From positions 1-64,000 of the IMG/VR virus record IMGVR_UViG_3300032223_001943: a stretch of DNA of 64,000 bases; one strand, 5' to 3'. A program made the translations under genes and the position numbers. The first letter of the stretch is position 1. Each line of letters opens with the position of its first letter. This DNA comes from a virus. The notes beneath the pieces were generated by a model. The model ran no database searches. It saw only the letters and a program-made list of their open reading frames with translations, and was not told the DNA's origin. Of this stretch, positions 60,621-64,000 are shown piece by piece.

Positions 60621-61319
60621 ATGACGCGAAGAATTATTATTAGTGAAGATGAAAAACAAACAATTAAGAATTTATACCATATAAATGAACAAGATGATCT
60701 TTATAATACTTTTGTTCAAGGTATTAGTCAAAGTTGGAATGAACTAATGGCGAATAAGGGTAAAGGTATTAATAGTTCATCACCTTCATCAACAAGTAAT
60801 AAACCAATATCTGAAAAAGGACAAGAATTGTTGAATAATCCAATATTCAAGGAGAAATTGAAGGAAATTTCACAAGCAATTAATATTGATGAACAATATA
60901 TCATTAAATTGATGAATCATGAATCTGGATTAAACCCAACGATAACAAATTCTATTGGGTGTGTTGGATTAATACAGTTTTGTCCTGACTCCGGAAATTC
61001 AAAAACAATAAATGGTGTTAAATATGATTTGGGTCAACTTAAAAATGATTTAACACTACAGATGGATGCGATTAAAGAATTTTGGTTATCTGGATATAAA
61101 AGTGGTAAAATAAAAACACCTGAAGATTTATATACTTATAACTTGTTTCCAGTGGCTGCCGGTAAACCAGATGATTTTGTATTACAGACAAATAGTACTT
61201 CCGCTCAAACAATTGCTAAAGCAAATCCGATATTCAATAAAAAGTTGGGTAGATCGATTGATACACCATTAACGGTGGGTGATCTTAATAGATATTATAA
61301 ACAAGAAGGAATGGTATAA
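60621..61319 (+). CDS. Lytic transglycosylase-like (probable virion-associated)
   Basis: LM.HESG.NP...NS.G.VGLIQF.P; IIISEDEK leader. Confidence 0.75.
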   Translation: MTRRIIISEDEKQTIKNLYHINEQDDLYNTFVQGISQSWNELMANKGKGINSSSPSSTSNKPISEKGQELLNNPIFKEKLKEISQAINIDEQYIIKLMNHESGLNPTITNSIGCVGLIQFCPDSGNSKTINGVKYDLGQLKNDLTLQMDAIKEFWLSGYKSGKIKTPEDLYTYNLFPVAAGKPDDFVLQTNSTSAQTIAKANPIFNKKLGRSIDTPLTVGDLNRYYKQEGMV

Positions 61320-62446
61320 TGAAAAAGGAAATTAAAGAAGTTGTAGGGGTACCTGCCGGGATATTAAAAAGTGCTGAAAATTTGTTTGATAACATTGTTA
61401 CCGTATTGGAAGATACTAATGATGAAGATTTTGAATTTAAAGGTACGTTTACGGATAATTTATCATTACCAATAACTGTTATAATTAACGACTTAACTAT
61501 TACATCCGTTAATGTTGCGGTAACATTTAATGTTGGTGACTATTCAAAACTTGAAATCGCTGGCGCGGGTTATTCTTCAGAATTGGGTTTAGATTATAAA
61601 ACACTTAAATTAGTTACGATTTTTGACCCATCTGAAATTGGATTGACAATGAACTTCTTGATTCCAAATACTGGTGAATATATTTTCAATGATATTATTA
61701 CATATATGTTGAAAAATCGTACATTGATCACATCAACATTAGCACATGAATTAAAACACGCTTACGATAATTATAAACGACCTAATCGTAAAGTTACCGA
61801 CCAGGTGGATTATAATACAAACATTAGCTCCAAGGGTTTAGCTATTCCTGCTTTTAGAAGGTTTAATCGTATGTTATATTTGGCAACATTCATTGAACAA
61901 TTGGTTAAACCGACAGAATTAGCCTCAAGGTTAAAAGCTGAAAATGTTTCACAAAAAGAATTTTTGGAGTTTTTACTAAATGATCGAACATATAAAGAAT
62001 TTATTCAATTAAAAAAATATTCAATCAATAGTTTAGTTTCCGAATTAATGGCTCATGAAGATGAATTAAAGTCACTTGACAGATTTAAGGGAAAAGTGAC
62101 CGAGGAAATTATCAATGACCTAATAAATTTGGCTTACACCCAATTTACGAATGATAAAATTGAAACTTTAGAAAAATACATTCTTAGGGATAATGATTAT
62201 TTATTAAAATCATTGGGTATGACATCCGTTAACATGGATTATTTCCTCAAACAAGTGGATAAATATCAAAAATATTCCAAAAACCCAAAAGATTTCTTTA
62301 ATAATGAAATTAAATTTCTTAATTTTGTGGGGGATAAGATGATAAAGAAGTTGGGAAAACTTTATTCAATTGCCAATGAAGATAAAACACAACAAGCAAA
62401 TATCATCAAGAAAATTTATAATAAAGTGAACCATGAACAAGGATAA
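61319..62446 (+). CDS. Hypothetical protein with HExxH motif
   Basis: LAHELKHAYD. Confidence 0.7.
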   Translation: MKKEIKEVVGVPAGILKSAENLFDNIVTVLEDTNDEDFEFKGTFTDNLSLPITVIINDLTITSVNVAVTFNVGDYSKLEIAGAGYSSELGLDYKTLKLVTIFDPSEIGLTMNFLIPNTGEYIFNDIITYMLKNRTLITSTLAHELKHAYDNYKRPNRKVTDQVDYNTNISSKGLAIPAFRRFNRMLYLATFIEQLVKPTELASRLKAENVSQKEFLEFLLNDRTYKEFIQLKKYSINSLVSELMAHEDELKSLDRFKGKVTEEIINDLINLAYTQFTNDKIETLEKYILRDNDYLLKSLGMTSVNMDYFLKQVDKYQKYSKNPKDFFNNEIKFLNFVGDKMIKKLGKLYSIANEDKTQQANIIKKIYNKVNHEQG

Positions 62447-62615
62447 TAAAGAATTTTGGATTAGGGATTATTTCGGACCATATCCGATAGATTGGGATTT
62501 ATACGATATCGCAATGGGTCGAAAACCAGGTGAAAAAACAATAGATATCATTAGTTATATGGAATCTGAAGAATATAAAAACTTTTTTAAGGATAAGAAA
62601 ATCCCTAAAAAATAA
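62433..62615 (+). CDS. Small hypothetical protein
   Basis: 60-aa ORF overlapping the upstream stop codon. Confidence 0.5.
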   Translation: MNKDNKEFWIRDYFGPYPIDWDLYDIAMGRKPGEKTIDIISYMESEEYKNFFKDKKIPKK

Positions 62616-62616
62616 T

Positions 62617-63291
62617 TTAATTTTCCAAGTCGTGGGATATCCCCAAATTTATGGAATGGATTAGTTTAACATTGGAAAAACTATTATAATTAAAAATATC
62701 AATAATTGAAACCCCAAATCCATTTATCTTATAAGTCAATTTAATAGTACCATATATTAAATAATCTTTATAATTCACAAAATTCGGTTGGTAATAATAT
62801 TCAATATTCCAGTTATAATTTATTGTTTTTTTAATGATCTTTATTCTAAAAGAATTCCGCAATCGATTAATATCTTTATTTGTGGTATACTGCCACAATA
62901 TCGCATAAGAATAGTTTATCTTAACATTGGAAATAGAATCCCTTATACCATAACCAAATCCAGTTAAATGATCCAAATTTAGATTTCTGGTTAACGAATA
63001 ATTTGTTTGATAATTCAAAAAACCACTATGTTTATTTTTAGAAATACCAATTGATAGTTTATTGGATACTTCATTTTGAATTATCTTATCCGTAAATGAA
63101 ATATTCTGGTTCAAAATATTATTTACCGAAAACCATTTTTTCTGAAAACTCGTTGAATTGTTTAAGTTACCTGAATAAGTACTTGACTTATTATCATTAT
63201 AATTAAACCCAAGCGAAAAATCATTTTTAAGGTTTTGTGATAATGTTGGTACATTAAAAAATAAAAATAATAGGATCAATATTTTTTTCAT
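62617..63291 (-). CDS. Secreted outer-membrane beta-barrel-like protein (DUF481-like)
   Basis: Signal peptide followed by Q; alternating aromatic beta-strands; YYQPN..Y.DY. Confidence 0.6.
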   Translation of the reverse strand: MKKILILLFLFFNVPTLSQNLKNDFSLGFNYNDNKSSTYSGNLNNSTSFQKKWFSVNNILNQNISFTDKIIQNEVSNKLSIGISKNKHSGFLNYQTNYSLTRNLNLDHLTGFGYGIRDSISNVKINYSYAILWQYTTNKDINRLRNSFRIKIIKKTINYNWNIEYYYQPNFVNYKDYLIYGTIKLTYKINGFGVSIIDIFNYNSFSNVKLIHSINLGISHDLEN

Positions 63292-63944
63292 TTTATTGTG
63301 ATTTTCAACGAATTTTTATTTATCGATATAACCTTGAATAAAGTTACCATATCAATAACTTTAACTTCCCCCGTAACATTATCACCAATCCAACAGATAT
63401 AATCATTTTTACCAAAAACCAATATCTTATAATATAAAATCGGAATTTTAACCCTGGAATTATTAAGATATGTTTTTTTTATATTATCATATATTACACC
63501 AGTAACAACAATTGCGTTCTTATTTCTTTTTTTAATTGAATCTTCCACCGATTTTTCCAATCGCATCCATCCCCCTCGATTAAACTTCCCTAGTTGGGGG
63601 GATTGATTAAATAAACTAAAAGAATGATAATTTAATGTGTCATCATACGATGTTATATTGGAGGGGGTTAAATGTCCCAAATCATATCCGGTACCTTCAT
63701 AATATTTTAACTTATATGGTCCAGTCGGTTTTTCCTTATGCCACTTATCACTACGAATACCATCCAATTTTTTAATGTTTTTAATCAATACCTTATGTAC
63801 CGATACATAACTGTTTGTGTCTTCATCCAAATATAAAGTTATATCACCATGTTTAATGGTGAATTTGGTTGATTCGATTTTAACTTTTTGGGTGAATGAA
63901 AAAAATGTAAATAATATGAAAATGGTAGTTATTAAAGATTTCAT
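63288..63944 (-). CDS. Secreted DNA/RNA non-specific endonuclease (NucA/EndA-like)
   Basis: Signal peptide; GYDLGHL.P, N.SPQ...FNRG.W..LE, VVTG.IY, IP..YYKI motifs. Confidence 0.88.
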   Translation of the reverse strand: MKSLITTIFILFTFFSFTQKVKIESTKFTIKHGDITLYLDEDTNSYVSVHKVLIKNIKKLDGIRSDKWHKEKPTGPYKLKYYEGTGYDLGHLTPSNITSYDDTLNYHSFSLFNQSPQLGKFNRGGWMRLEKSVEDSIKKRNKNAIVVTGVIYDNIKKTYLNNSRVKIPILYYKILVFGKNDYICWIGDNVTGEVKVIDMVTLFKVISINKNSLKITIK

Positions 63945-64000
63945 TATTTTTCTGAATATAGAATAAATATATAATCAAACCCAAATCTTCGTTTAATGGT

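Noticed and set aside
1-64000. Stop-codon reassignment (code 15 or 4) as in some jumbo phages
   Set aside because: Core genes are full length under code 11. The gene breaks are explained by an intron, a split intein and a deletion.

Overview
A 64-kb segment of an AT-rich, T4-like large (jumbo-type) myophage, translated with the standard code 11. The host is most likely Bacteroidetes, based on TAnnTTTG promoters, Bacteroidetes-type DnaK, bS21 and tmRNA tag, and Gln after signal peptides. The left part holds the head and packaging core: tail tube, major capsid, scaffold, prohead protease, ribosomal protein bS21, a portal carrying three inteins, and TerL. The rest is accessory: proteostasis genes (Hsp20, ClpC, DnaK, SlyD-like PPIase, M28 and M42 peptidases, tmRNA), tRNA-Ser, a C5 DNA methyltransferase, a SerA-like dehydrogenase, several cell-wall hydrolases and many hypotheticals. 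Main highlights: (1) an integron-like island at 8.9-10.35 kb with a decayed tyrosine integrase, two identical attC-like hairpins and three units each bounded by its own GTTAT...ATAAC inverted repeat; (2) a fractured clpC gene with an atypically split intein (24-aa IntN, 133-aa IntC) and a free-standing endonuclease gene between the halves; (3) an ORF-less group I intron in dnaK; (4) a candidate new ncRNA framed by duplicated terminator-promoter units; (5) a five-member dispersed paralog family. All calls come from reading the sequence and recalled motifs; no database searches were run.
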